In this document: piece by piece, positions 51,247 through 64,000 of the stretch
Layout: each line of letters begins with the position of its first letter
Position numbering within the stretch: position 1 is the stretch's first letter
Assembly: GCF_006345805.1 (NCBI RefSeq)
Contig: NC_043009.1
Span: 23,126,001 to 23,190,000 of the forward strand
Length of the DNA stretch: 64,000 nucleotides
From: Octopus sinensis
Lineage: Eukaryota
Direction of reading: 5' to 3'
The notes under the pieces: model-generated
What the model was told of the DNA's origin: nothing
Database searches by the model: none
What the model saw: the letters and a program-made list of their open reading frames with translations, nothing else
Position numbers and translations under genes: made by a program

Positions 51247-51974
51247 CAAAAACACACACGCATACAGTTTGACACACACGTGCACCCTACTGTGTGTGTC
51301 AGTGTTATGGTACTTCATAGTTATAGCTTCCTACACACAGACATTACCACAACCACCACCACCACCACCACCACCACCACCACCACGGCCGCCACCATAG
51401 TCGTTATCATCATCTTCATCATCGGCGTCGTCGGCGTTCAGGTTTCCATCCTGATTCTGTAGAATGGTGCTGAAAAAATAACTGCTATCCACTTTCACAG
51501 CTAATCAAACATGTACAAGGGAAACCTTCCACCACTACATTACACACGTATTATATACGTGCATACATACATACATTCATACATACATACATACATAGAT
51601 ACATACATACATACATACATACATACATAGGTACGTAAATATATATACACATAAATACATACATACATATATATACATATATATACATACACGTGCGTAC
51701 ACATACCTATGCAACTATATACGTATATCGATATTTGTTCGTGCGTACATATACATACTTAGATGCATAGACACACACTCACACACAGAGACAGACATAG
51801 ACGCATACATAACTCGCACGCGCACACACACACACATACACATGCATGTGTATTATATATATACATAAATGTATGTACTTGCATACGTATATACATATGC
51901 TCACACAAATGTATATATATGTATGTGTGTGTGTGAGTGCGCGCGCATAAGTGTATATATGTATACAGCATACA

Positions 51975-52033
<59 letters not shown>

Positions 52034-52320
52034 TGTATATATATATTTATATTCTATTATATATATATATACATACACACAGACACACACATATATATAC
52101 ATATGCATACATACATATATCGACGTTTTTACATATACGCTTAGAAGCATGATCACACATACATTATGTACGCGCCACATGCGCACACACACGCACATAT
52201 TCACACACTCGCAGAATCATCTTTACCATTCTCAGGTGATATATTTACTGCTGAGTCATGCATATGTTATGGTATGTGTAGATGTAAAGGTTTCGCAGCG
52301 AAACTCTTTCACCTCTTTCT

Positions 52321-52360
<40 letters not shown>

Positions 52361-52465
52361 ATCATGCACTATTTATCTCTCTCCCCTCTAGCTCTAAAGG
52401 TCTTTGTCTCCCTCTCTCTCCCACACTCATTTTGCCGAAGCATTTATATATATATATTTATATAT

Positions 52466-52516
<51 letters not shown>

Positions 52517-52564
52517 TGTGTGTGTGCTTGTATGTGTAACTGTGGATATGTAGGTATATGTATA

Positions 52565-52615
<51 letters not shown>

Positions 52616-52817
52616 AATCCTCGTGTCAAATAAAGGAAGATAAACGGGGGGGGGGAGAGATAAGATAGGCAAGGAGTTAATCCAGAAATCAATATTGATG
52701 AGAACTGGAAGAGTGTGAGACTGTTGTATTGTTTGGCGGTAACTCCAGATATGTTTCTTTTTTATGAAAATTTATGGAGTTACAGTTTGAGCAAAAGTTT
52801 GCAGAATGGCTGAAAGA

Positions 52818-52848
<31 letters not shown>

Positions 52849-52859
52849 CATACATAATA

Positions 52860-53035
52860 AAAAAATACAAAAATGGGACAAGAATGCAAAACATCCAGAC
52901 AGGTGATACAAAAATGGGACAAGAATGCAAAACATCCAGACAGGTGATACAAAGAAAAGGGACAACAAAACATCCAGACAGACGATACTAAGAAAACAAG
53001 GACGGGTCATTCGGAGTTTTCTTTCCTCAGTCGAA
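52860..53035 (-). mobile_element. Element related to the 25692-25995 arms, with a tandem unit of about 40 bp
   Basis: AAAAATGGGACAAGAATGCAAAACATCCAGACAGGTGATAC x2.5; CTGAGGA...CTCCGAATGACCC on the minus strand at 53004-53030. Confidence 0.55.
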
Positions 53036-53919
53036 TTCCAGATTATCTTTCCAACTTCGGCTGGTTATACTCGAGATTGCTCCACTCTGGCCAACCCCAA
53101 GGAAAAACTAAGCTCATAAGCAAGGCAGTGAATGTATTCGAAAACAAGGACGAAAAAAACGGAGAAATGGTACACAAATACAAATAACAGGACATTGACA
53201 ACGAGTTTCTTTCGACTAAGGACAAATTAAATTAAGCTGGCGTGTGTGGAAGTAAAACCTTACGGCAGGGACATAAGATTTGACTGGCACAGGGAGGAAT
53301 ATAGATGTTGCATGGATGGTAGTCGAACCAAGAAAGAAAGGTCAGGCTTGGCCGAACACCGGTCACGTGGGGAGAGAAGAGAGAGAGGTAGAGGCAGAGG
53401 GATAGAAGAATTAAGGTGGGCGAGAAAAAAATGAGAGGGACAGAGTGAAGTTATGCATACATACATACATACATACATACATACATACATGCATACATAC
53501 ATACATACATACATACATACATACATACATGCATACATACATACATACATACATACATACATGCATACATACATACATACATACATACATGCATACATAC
53601 ATACATACATACATCATACATACATACATACATACATACATACATACATACATACATACATACAAGTAAATGACTAACTCAGTCTGAATAAGCTCCGATT
53701 TTCAGGAAAAGAAACAACCAACTGATTTGCACATTACAGATACGATCTGTAAGCGGAACAGTAAAACTATGCAAGACTTTTCCAAGGATTAAAATGTGAC
53801 ATTATTTTCATTATCTACATTCCAAACATGGAACTTTTGTGTCTTTGTTAGAAGCCAGCTCCTTCTTCAGAGAAAGAATCTAAATGATTAAAAACAAAAG
53901 AACATACTCACATGCATGC

Positions 53920-54016
<97 letters not shown>

Positions 54017-54029
54017 ATACACATATATG

Positions 54030-54067
<38 letters not shown>

Positions 54068-54534
54068 CATGTAGATGTACACATACATATATTTATACAT
54101 ACACACACATACGCACACACATATGTCGTACGAAGAAGCGATGAATAAAATATATTCGTTTAAAATCAAATTTAACTCGCTCGAGTATTTTCGGAGATGG
54201 AAAGAGTTACCACTGCGGAAAGAGTTCCTGGAGAAAATTTTCTTTCTAACCAAAATGCATAAAAGCACAGTGGGATGTGAGTGATATCAATGGTTCGTAG
54301 GATGCATATATCTCTACGATCTTTCGCATCATTAGATACGAATACCATATTAGCATTTCACAGACCTAAGAGAATGAATTCATTAGAACAGCAAATCAGT
54401 TATACTTACAGTTCTGGGCTGGACAAAAGTGTATTGACAATATGGGTGCATACTTTCATAAATAAAACTATTCCTTGAATATGTAAAACATCAGCAAACT
54501 GTTTTTTCTTTTCTACAAATTTCATACTTGACTA

Positions 54535-54643
54535 CCTAATACTTATTCTATCAGTCTCTTTTGCCGAACCGCAAAGTTACGGGGACGTGAACACGCCAAC
54601 ATCAATTGTCAAGCGATGGTGGGGGAACAAACACAGACACACA

Positions 54644-54693
<50 letters not shown>

Positions 54694-54812
54694 ACACACA
54701 CACACACACACATTAGTGGAAGACTCTTACTCAAGGTGCCTCGCAGTGGAACTGAACGGGGAACCATGTGGTTGGTAAGCAAGCTACTTACCACAGAGCC
54801 ACTCCTGCGCCT
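54535..54812 (-). mobile_element. SINE family B with internal deletion
   Basis: Head and part of the 3' domain present. Confidence 0.75.
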
Positions 54813-54902
54813 ATATATTTATATATACACATGTATATTAAATCTCTGAAACGAGGTATAAACAGTAGCTACACGACATCGTGAAATATATTTGCCATTT
54901 AA

Positions 54903-55190
54903 AGGGTTGATGCTACTGTAGCTTGTAGCCCCAGGAAGACATCTCCCCCCAGCTGGCTATTGACACAATTTCTGTGCCCTATCAGTATTTGCATTGGGAA
55001 CCATTTCACGTCGACAACCGGTGATTGTCACACGCTGATGACGGGTCAATACTCAGAAACCCGGATCTGTGTGTATCGCGATGGGAAGGATGACTTCCCT
55101 TTGCAAATACTGATAGGGCACAGAAAGTGTGTCAATAGTCAGCTGGAGGAGATGTCTTCTTGGGGCTACAAGCTACAGTAGCATCAACCC
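54903..55190. mobile_element. Kolobok-like MITE (TTAA flanks, AGGG start, TIRs of about 95 bp)
   Basis: TTAA|AGGGTTGATGCTACTGTAGCTTGTAGCCCC...CAGTATTTGCA and TGCAAATACTG...GGGGCTACAAGCTACAGTAGCATCAACCC|TTAA. Confidence 0.75.
55029..55073 (+). ncRNA. Hammerhead-like motif in the centre of the Kolobok-like MITE
   Basis: CACACG-CTGATGA-C-GGG-TCAATA-CTC-A-GAAAC-CCG-GATC-TGTGTG; 6-bp stem I; small indels around stems II and III. Confidence 0.5.
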
Positions 55191-55228
55191 TTAAGGGTTA
55201 GCCACATTTAAGTGGCAAATATAATTCA

Positions 55229-55273
<45 letters not shown>

Positions 55274-55432
55274 GAGAAGTTGAGGTTATAAGAGATAATG
55301 GTGTCATTGAGACCCAGAGGTGTCAGGTAATGCTGAATAAGTGCTATAGACAGACCATAGTTAAGTTCCAGATTCGGTGATATTGCGAATAAAGGGTTCA
55401 ACGTTGGTTCTATGTCAGCGTGTGTATATAAG

Positions 55433-55586
55433 AATTTTTTTCGTAATACGATAAAAAAACCAAGGCTAAAGTCTCCGATGAAGGGATATTATTAATAAAT
55501 ATCCTACAAACAGCTGTAAGACCTTCTATCTATAAATGCTCTAATATCTATACACCTTGGTTTTTTTATCTTATTACGAAAAAATT
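55433..55586. mobile_element. Small fold-back element (arms of about 33 bp) with a central decayed hammerhead (55471-55523)
   Basis: Arms AATTTTTTTCGTAATACGATAAAAAAACCAAGG / CCTTGGTTTTTTTATCTTATTACGAAAAAATT; centre GTCT-CCGATGA-A-G-GGATATTTA-TTAA-TAAATATCC-TA-CAAAC-AGCT-GTA-AGAC. Confidence 0.7.
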
Positions 55587-55589
55587 TTA

Positions 55590-55667
<78 letters not shown>

Positions 55668-57044
55668 GTGAGAAAGAGCGAGAGTGGGGAGTGTGATTTT
55701 GATTGTAAATAGTTGAATCCTGTTCTCAGTACTTTAGTATTCTTTCGTATTTATCGTATTCCTCTCGTATTTATCAAATTCTTTTAGTTTCGACGTTCAT
55801 CTAATAAGCAAATTCGCTTTCCTCACCCATTAATGTTTTTCTTTACAATTCAACCGAATGATGAAGTACTAATTTTTTTTATTGACCCTTGTTCTCGCCA
55901 ACATAAATCTCACTTTGATTGTCATTTTAGAAATCTTTTGCATCTATTTATATTTTACTTCTTGGTTCCCTGGGAAAATATGACAAAATATATATTTCTA
56001 CTGCTTCTTTTCACACTATTTTTTTTATTTTGTGGAAAACAATCATATTTTATAACTTACTAAATTTATATTTTATTTTAATTGTTATTTTGTCATTTTT
56101 ATTCATTTTATAATAAAACTAGTGTTATTGTTTATTTAATATTTTCTCTCGTTCTTGTCATATTTCTTCCTATGTTGGCGTTTGTATAGTACACTATTTC
56201 TCTTTCCTAACTCGTTTCTTTCTTCTCTTTGTGTGTTTGTTATGTTCCCGTGGTAATTAAAAAGTTGGACGAACAGAAAGTCTGACAAACTGACAATTGT
56301 GTTTCATACATATATTTTAAAACAAACACACTATCACGCGAATTACATCACTTTTAAACTCGTCTGATTTAGAAGGGAAACCTAACGAAACGAAAACAAA
56401 ACGATTTACGTCAAAAACTATGAGTGATATGTCGACTGAATTTATAACATATGTCAAAATTCATCAAACAAAAGCGAATCAACATCTTGGGAAATTACAA
56501 TGTAATGACTTCGTGCTAATGTGAACGTTTCTAAATAATGCAGCCATGCACAATCTAACTATATCTATTCTCGTTTATCACTGATTGAGGACTAAACGGT
56601 ACGCTCAATGTGAACTGTGTTATGCTTTTCACATTAACTTTTGATAATACGGTTCGGCGATCTGTCAAAGATTCTGCTTGAACTGTAAAAATGTACCCCA
56701 TCAACTATCCGCAATGCTTAGGACAACCCGGGGGCTCGAAACGAAATCTATTTTTCTAGTATGTTCTATATTCATTTATCAATGATTCATTGAACATTTT
56801 TTAAAACAAAACTTCCCTAATATACGAACATAGACATACGTATTAAATTAACAATTCTGTAAAACATGAAAGTAGCCCAGTGACCATCCACAATACTCAG
56901 CACAGTTTGGGGTTTCGGGGCGAAACCTATTTTTCCAATAATTTCTGTTATTTATTTATCACGGATTCATCTAACGCGGTGCTTTCTTTTATATTTTAAC
57001 CAAGCACCCATGATAAATAAATATAGACGTACGTATCAAATAAA

Positions 57045-57190
57045 CTAGTCCTTAACTGGTACTTATTTGATCAACTAAGAAAGAATTAAAGGCAAAGTCG
57101 ACCCCAACGGCATTTGATCTCAGAACGTAAAGACGGACGAAATGCCGTTAGGCATCTCACCCGGTGCACAGACGATTCTGCCAGCTAGTA
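57045..57190 (-). mobile_element. SINE family A, partial
   Basis: Head and central domain, reverse complement. Confidence 0.7.
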
Positions 57191-57517
57191 GATCCTGCCA
57201 GCCTGAAGCAGATGTTAAATATTATTTAGTCTTTCTGTGAGATTTTCTACTTGTCTTTGCCATAAACCAGCATAAACATCTACCCGAACACAAACACATG
57301 AAATGATTATCACTTTCTCCGACATAATAAAATATACTACACTGAAAATCTGTCTCCCTCTCTCTTTCTCTCTCTCTCTCCTCTCATAAATATCCCTTAA
57401 ATACAAGAAGAATATTTTCCTACAAAGTTCACAAGTACAAATATATGTAATTTCCTTTTGCAATATACAAGCCTTGATTTATTTTCATGTCTTATTATTC
57501 GCGTTACAATCATTACA

Positions 57518-57603
<86 letters not shown>

Positions 57604-57843
57604 ATATCTACCTATCTATCTGTACTCACACGCGCATACGCAAACACACATATATGAACAAACAAACCATAGCTGTCGCTTACAAATGTATGTTTATTGA
57701 AAGCAAGCGTATTAACATTTTTGCAAACTTAAAGAATTGTGAATATCATTGTTCTATTGTTTCATGATAGAGATGTGTTAACTCTTACTTTTAAACCTTG
57801 TGAGTGGATTTGGTAGACGGAAACTGAAAGAAGTCCGTCGTAT

Positions 57844-58113
57844 ATATTACCAACGTCGCTTCACTGGCACCTGTGTCGGTAGCATGTGTAAAAAGATTCG
57901 AGCGAGGTCATTGCCAGTACCGCCTGACTGGACCCCGTGCCGGTGGCACGTAAAAAGCACCCACTACACTCTCGGAGTGGTTGGCGTTAGGAAGGGCATC
58001 CAGCTGTAGAAACTCTGCCAGATCAAGATTGGAGCCTGGTGCAGCCATCTGGTTCGCCAGCCCTCAGTCAAAATCGTTCAACCCATGCTAGCATGGAAAG
58101 CGGACGTTAAACA
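57844..58113 (+). mobile_element. SINE-like element ending GGACGTTAAAC(AATG) + (GAT)n
   Basis: GGTGGCACGTAAAAAGCACCC...GTTAGGAAGGGCATCCAGC motif and simple-repeat tail; only one copy in the window. Confidence 0.55.
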
Positions 58114-58188
58114 ATGATGATGATGATGATTGATGATGATGATGATGATGATGATGATGAGGAGGAGGAGGAGGAGGAGGAGGAGGAT

Positions 58189-58395
58189 GGAGAACTGGCC
58201 CACAAAAGACCAAGAGGAAGACCAAAACTGAGGTATAAGGACACTTGCAAAACTAGTTTGTCCAAGTGTGAGTCGGATGTCGGCTGAGGACAGAACAACA
58301 TGGAAAACCTTGGAGAGCAGCTACAGAAACAGGCAAGCTGAGAAGCGTCATCGGCGAAAGGAAAACAACAGAAATGCAGAGCGCCGAGCTACCCT
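58189..58395 (+). mobile_element. RTE-clade LINE ORF2 C-terminal fragment
   Basis: GELAHKRPRGRPKLRYKDTCK...AEDRTTWK...EKRHRRKE, with an internal frameshift. Confidence 0.65.
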
Positions 58396-58435
58396 ATATT
58401 TGTGTATGTATATATATATATATATATATTATAGG

Positions 58436-58589
58436 CGTGGCTGTGTGGTAAGTAGCTTGCTTACCAACCACATGGTTCCGGGTTCAGTCCCACTGCATGG
58501 CATCTTGGGCAAGTGTATTCTACTATAGCTTCGGGCCAACCAAAACCTTGTGAGTGGATTTGGTAGACAGAAACTGAAAGAAGCCCGTC

Positions 58590-58644
<55 letters not shown>

Positions 58645-58822
58645 ATGTTTGTTGTGTGGCAATCGATTTTGGCGTGTTTACGTTCCAGTAATTTAGCGGT
58701 TCGCAAAAGAGGCCGATAGAATAGGTACTAGGCTTAAAAGGAATAAGTCTTGGGTTCGATTTGATTGACTAAAAGTGGTGCTCCAGTATGGCCGCAGTCA
58801 AATGACTGAAACAAGTAAAAGA

Positions 58823-58893
<71 letters not shown>

Positions 58894-59105
58894 TGTCTGT
58901 GTTTGTCCCCCCCTATCATCGCTTGACAATCGATGTTGGTGTGATTACGTCTCCTTAACTTAGCGGCTCGGCAAAAGAGACCGATAGAATAAGTACTAGG
59001 CTTACAAGGAATAAGTCCTGTTGGCGATTTCTTCGACTGAAAAAAAGCCGTTTAAGGTGATGCTGCCAAATGGCTGCAGTTAAATGACTGAAACAAGTAA
59101 AATTG
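58436..59105 (+). mobile_element. SINE family B with a tandemly repeated 3' half
   Basis: Full unit to 58822, then (TA)n(TG)n and a second 3' domain to about 59105. Confidence 0.88.
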
Positions 59106-60736
59106 TAAAAAAAATAACATACATTGTCTTTATGTGGATTAATTTTGAAAAATCTTGCCTCACATTATAGAAACATTTCTCGTGGCTCCAGCAGACAAAA
59201 TAGAAATGGCGCTGCCCCGGATGCTAGCGTGGGAGATGCGCTGGAAGCCCGTCGCCTTCAATCGAGTATAGTACGCATTATGCGTTCGCAAGTTGTTATA
59301 TGTACTCAAGTAGCCAAGAGTTGACGAATAGAGACACCTTATCCACCATCTGAATTGTCCAACTGGTAAACGACAGCGAATACCTCATAATATTCCAAAT
59401 AACTGACACCCAATCTTCGTCTACGCTTGAGCAAAGTTTTGTACAAGCTTTTGTCACTTAACTCCAAAGACTTAACTCACTATCGCTTCATTTCTTGACA
59501 CGTTTTATATTTTACAAAAGTCCTGTGGAAATGGATGCATAGCGTGGAAAGTTGTATTCGCGCATATGCGAGGATGAAAGTAAATTAGAGCAATCATGCT
59601 GAATGTGAGACGGCTACTGTCTGACAAGATGGGACCATCATGTTTGTACGTTTGTACATTTTCCTGTTTTTTTTTTGTGCCTATATGATTGCAGGGAAGT
59701 GTACAATACGTATGAAAATTCCGTTTTTGATTTATGTATGTGTACATATACATGTCTTCATATAGCTCCCCTCATAGAGTCATGAGACCACATCTGTTCA
59801 CGCAGGAAGCTCTTCAATGTCGCAGCCCATACATCATCAGCCACAACATACTGAGTTCTCCTTGCTGCGTGTGTTGACAGCAGATGGATCTTCTGACCAG
59901 TGGAACGAGTCCCTTTCATAAGTGTATAAGATGGAAGGATGGTTGAGTGGGTATATAATAAGATCAGCCAGGTTGAGAATCAGATGTCACTCTAGTTTAA
60001 AATGTCAGAGTGAGGAGAGAGAGAGAGAAAGGAGAGGGAGAGAGAGAGGAGAGGGAGAGAGAGGGGAGAGGGAGAGAGAGTGTGTAGGGGGAAAGGGAGA
60101 AAGAGTGCACGTCAATGGTCAAAGATGGAGTATGTTGGTGCAAATCAGGCAGAGTGGTCATTTGTGTGTGTGGGAGGGAGATGTGATCTAGGATGTTTAT
60201 ATGAGAACCCGCAGCGGCGTTCCAACGTCCCAGTTGCAGAAGCGAGCTGTAGTCTGTTGCGATGCTAATATGTGGGACGTCTGTTGAGGGTTAATAATTG
60301 TTATAAACTGAAATTACTTTCTGGCCTTGAAGAGGAAGGGCATTCGATATGATGCAATCTTTGAGGATGTGAGATCGCCAAGAAAGATCGTCTGTTGGAA
60401 GATGCAAAGCGGAAATGACTGATGGAATGGTTTTGAAGCTGAAGTTGATGTGGTGCTGATGGTTGTAATAGTGGTAGTGGTAATAACGGTGTCGATGGGA
60501 GTGACGGTGATGGTGGCGATGGTGATGGGAGTGGTAGTTGTGGTGGGAGTGAAGATGATACAACAGATGTCTATTTAGCTTTCTGTAATACTTTTATATG
60601 GGTTCCTATAAACAGAATGTTGTACACTCGCAGAAATTTGATAGGGACTCAGCCAAACAATTTGGAGCTATCGGAATGGTGAATTACTAAATAAATAAAC
60701 ACCCCCCACACACACACGTGCATATCTATATCTAAC

Positions 60737-60793
<57 letters not shown>

Positions 60794-60887
60794 CACACAC
60801 ACATACACATCCATGTATACATACAAACACCATATGAGGAAGACAAACACAGATAAAAGAGCTGCATAGCCTCAGAGAAGAGAGAGG

Positions 60888-60924
<37 letters not shown>

Positions 60925-61021
60925 AAGGGAGAGAGAGAAAAAGAAGATGGATGACAGAATGAAAGGGGAAAGGAAAACATGAACAATAAAAGATGGGAAA
61001 GATACACTTTTAAGACAACAC

Positions 61022-61062
<41 letters not shown>

Positions 61063-61419
61063 TAATAATAATAATAATAATAATAATACTCAACAATGAT
61101 ATCGGTAACAAACACGGATAACTAACGATGCTGGAGTGAGTTGAGTGAGCGGTTTTAGAAAATAAGGTATGTTCTGTTGAAAGTATACATTTAAAATATA
61201 ATAAGGTAAATAACAAGTGCGAGATATACACAAAACGTAAAGTGCACGCTCGCACGCGCGCGCACATACACATCGATACAGCATACATAGACTCGTATTA
61301 TAGCTATGATTACTAGAGTACTTGGTTATGTAATTAACGGATGATCTTGAAAAGTTAGGCTTCACAAAGCTTAAAGGATTAAGTTACTTTCTTTGCAACT
61401 ACTTGCTTTCGGATTCAAT

Positions 61420-61760
61420 TTTACTGCTTGGTACCCTGGGCAAGCATTTTCTATTATAGTTCACTCTGGGAGTGAATTCGGTAAAAGGAAACTGCGTGGA
61501 AAACCGTCGTGTATACACACACACACACACACACACACATGTGTATGTGTGTGTGTTTTTGTGCTTGTCCCTCTGTCCCCGCTTGACAACCAGTTCCTTC
61601 AACTTAGCGATTTAGCAAACGAGACTAGAATAGAATCGGTAACAGGCTTTAAAATAAGTACCGACTTTAAGATAAGTCGATTTGTTCGACTAAACCCTTC
61701 AAAGTGGTGCTCTAGCATGGCCGCAGTTCAATGAGTGAAACAAATAAAAGATACAAAATA
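61420..61760 (+). mobile_element. SINE family B, degenerate
   Basis: CORE-like segment, internal (CA)n(TG)n and tail. Confidence 0.7.
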
Positions 61761-61817
61761 AATATAATTAATGAAACTAGAAATATTTGAAACATTCCAA
61801 AAGTTTAGTTTACATTC

Positions 61818-62232
61818 TTATTTCTTTACTGCCCACAAGGAGCTAGACAGAGAGGGGACAAACAAGAACAGACAAACGGATTAAATCGATTATATCGACC
61901 CCAGTGTGTAACTGGTACCTATTTAATCGACCCCGAAAGGATGAAAGGCAAAGTCGACCTCGGCGGAATTTGAACTTAGAACGTAGCGACAGACGAAATA
62001 CCTATTTCTTTACTACCCACAAGGGGCTAAACACAGAGAGGACAAACAAGGACAGACAAACGGATTAAGTCGATTACATCGACCCCAGTGCATAACTGGT
62101 ACTTAATTTATCGACCCCGAGAGGATGAAAAGCAAAGTCGACCTCGGCGGAATTTGAACTCAGAACGTAACGGCAGGCCAAATACCGATAAGCATTTCGC
62201 CCGGCGTGCTAACGTTTCTGCCAGCTTGCCTT
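61818..62232 (-). mobile_element. SINE family A dimer (A1 + partial A1)
   Basis: Junction AAAGAAATA|GGTATTTCGTCTG at 62003/62002. Confidence 0.9.
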
Positions 62233-62355
62233 TTTCCAGTGACAAGTATTGCAAGATGATTGGTACTATTTTGACATACACACACACATACATACATACA
62301 TACATACATACATACATACATACATACATACATACATACATACATACATACATAC

Positions 62356-62773
62356 TAATGAAAAATCTACTTTTACTTTATCCAGATTACAAGTTCTGGT
62401 TTATACCAGCAATTATTGGGGCACTGGGATATGTAACACACTGCATAAGTACCAATCTTCAGAAATTAGGCTTCTCAAAACCAGAAAGGAGATTGCCGAG
62501 AATGCTGAAGACCACAGATCCAAGCCCTGACTGGAATCTAAAACTTTCCAAAAGTTCATCATTTAAGTAGAGATGAACAAATGTAGATATACTAATATAT
62601 ATATGAGAATACATACATAAAATAAAACATACAAATCTGCACATATACATACACATATACATACAAAAATATCCTTTTGGTATTATAGAAATTCCAGTGA
62701 AGGAGCCTTGATCAAAGTTAGAAACCAGTTCTTTCTCTATTTACAAGAAATCTCGAAATAAAACTGAATAATG
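62356..62773 (+). mobile_element. 3' end of an RLE-type non-LTR element inside (CATA)n
   Basis: Encodes MKNLLLLYPDYKFWFIPAIIGALGYVTHCISTNLQKLGFSKPE; the IP-x-IIGALG motif matches IPVVIGALG of the Dong-like element at 43880; partial repeat at 62895-63050. Confidence 0.7.
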
Positions 62774-62856
62774 ACATATACATACACACACACATACATA
62801 CATACATACAATACATACATACATACATACATACATACACACACACATACATACAT

Positions 62857-62895
<39 letters not shown>

Positions 62896-63204
62896 TTCAT
62901 GACAACTTATTTTATGTGTAAATTCCAATGAAAGAACCTTGCTTCTGGGCTAGGGACTGGTTATTTCATAATATCAGAAAACTGAAATATTGGGGCACTG
63001 GGATATATAACACACTGTCTAAGAACTAATCGTGAAGAATTAGATTTCTATACAAATATATTCACTTCAACATTTAAGTTTAATTTGTCAAAATATTTTC
63101 GTCGCTAAAATCCGCGACCTGTTCACTGACAAAATCCGTGCTGTGCATTGTTTTCGTTCCAGCACACGATCTCAGATCAAATCACTTGCTATGCGAGTAC
63201 ATCT

Positions 63205-63280
<76 letters not shown>

Positions 63281-63586
63281 CATTACAAACATGCTGTATA
63301 TGGCATCAGTTCGATCCCTTTAAGTTCCTGGAGCTTATCTGACTAATAAAGAATATTCTTAAATAGTCAGAACTTTAGTCTCGGTCACAAAGAACATCTA
63401 CGCACCCCGTGCCCTCACCCACCGATGACCGCTGCCTGCCCGTTAAAATCTTCACGCAACCCCCCCACCACCCGTTTTCAACATACATTGATAAACAGTT
63501 TGGCCATGGGCGCTTAGGAGCCTCGTTCGATTTGATTTGCTCCACCTCTGTTCTGTTTTTGTTTTTTCCAACGGATTTCCTATTTC

Positions 63587-63666
63587 TTCCTGAAGAGAAA
63601 GACACAATATGGTCTCATTATTCAATCGGAATTTGGTAAATTGTGCCTTTCGAAACACGTGTAGAA
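63587..63666 (+). ncRNA. Type I hammerhead ribozyme with canonical core
   Basis: TTC-CTGAAGA-GAAAGACACAAT...ATTGTGCCTTTC-GAAAC-ACGT-GTA-GAA: 11/12-bp stem II, palindromic ACACGUGU stem III, GUA triplet, 3-bp stem I. Confidence 0.75.
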
Positions 63667-63770
63667 TGCATATAAAACGATTCTGTTAATCTTCGTTCAA
63701 CTCCATTTCTTTCAATTCACTAATAATATAATAATATATATAGATATAGATATAATCGATATATATATAT

Positions 63771-63821
<51 letters not shown>

Positions 63822-64000
63822 ACATATACATACATACGATACATATATAATATGTGCATATATATACATATATATATGATGCATATATATATATATGATG
63901 TATGTATGTACGTACACAAACGCCCACATATCTATCTATCTATCTGTCTGGACGTATACACACACACACAACACACACACACACACACACACACCACACA

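Noticed and set aside
56720-57040. Two diverged blocks of about 120-190 bp in tandem
   Set aside because: Similarity too low to define boundaries or assign a class by eye.
59160-59360. Minus-strand frame ...ISHASIRGSAISIL... resembling a tyrosine-recombinase HxxR box
   Set aside because: Spacing is HxxxR and no other recombinase motifs are present.
60180-60440. Possible decayed APE-endonuclease fragment on the minus strand
   Set aside because: Only a vague resemblance, with stops; cannot be supported without a profile search.

Overview
Repeat-saturated, AT-rich animal genomic DNA. The SINE, LINE and microsatellite repertoire looks like an octopus (cephalopod) genome; this is inferred from pattern recognition, not a search. 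The only confidently supported host gene is the 3' half of a + strand S1 (chymotrypsin-fold) serine protease: exons 1526-1657, 3141-3283 and 5436-5582, plus a probable 17-nt micro-exon at 405-421. The rest is tRNA-derived SINEs of several modular families, 5'-truncated LINEs (two Tx1/L1-like, one Dong/R4-like RLE element, another RLE-type 3' end, two RTE fragments), MITE-like DNA transposons, a Helitron/Helentron-like element, abundant microsatellites and a 100-N gap. Most listed ORFs are microsatellite artefacts. Highlights: (1) more than ten hammerhead-ribozyme motifs in short, mostly TA-flanked elements, including a recurrent A6U core variant and copies inside fold-back elements; (2) a covarying 3' stem-loop with a CUUGU loop shared by the Tx1-like LINEs and three SINE tails; (3) SINE dimers with an invariant junction, suggesting self-targeting; (4) retroelements sitting in specific microsatellites.
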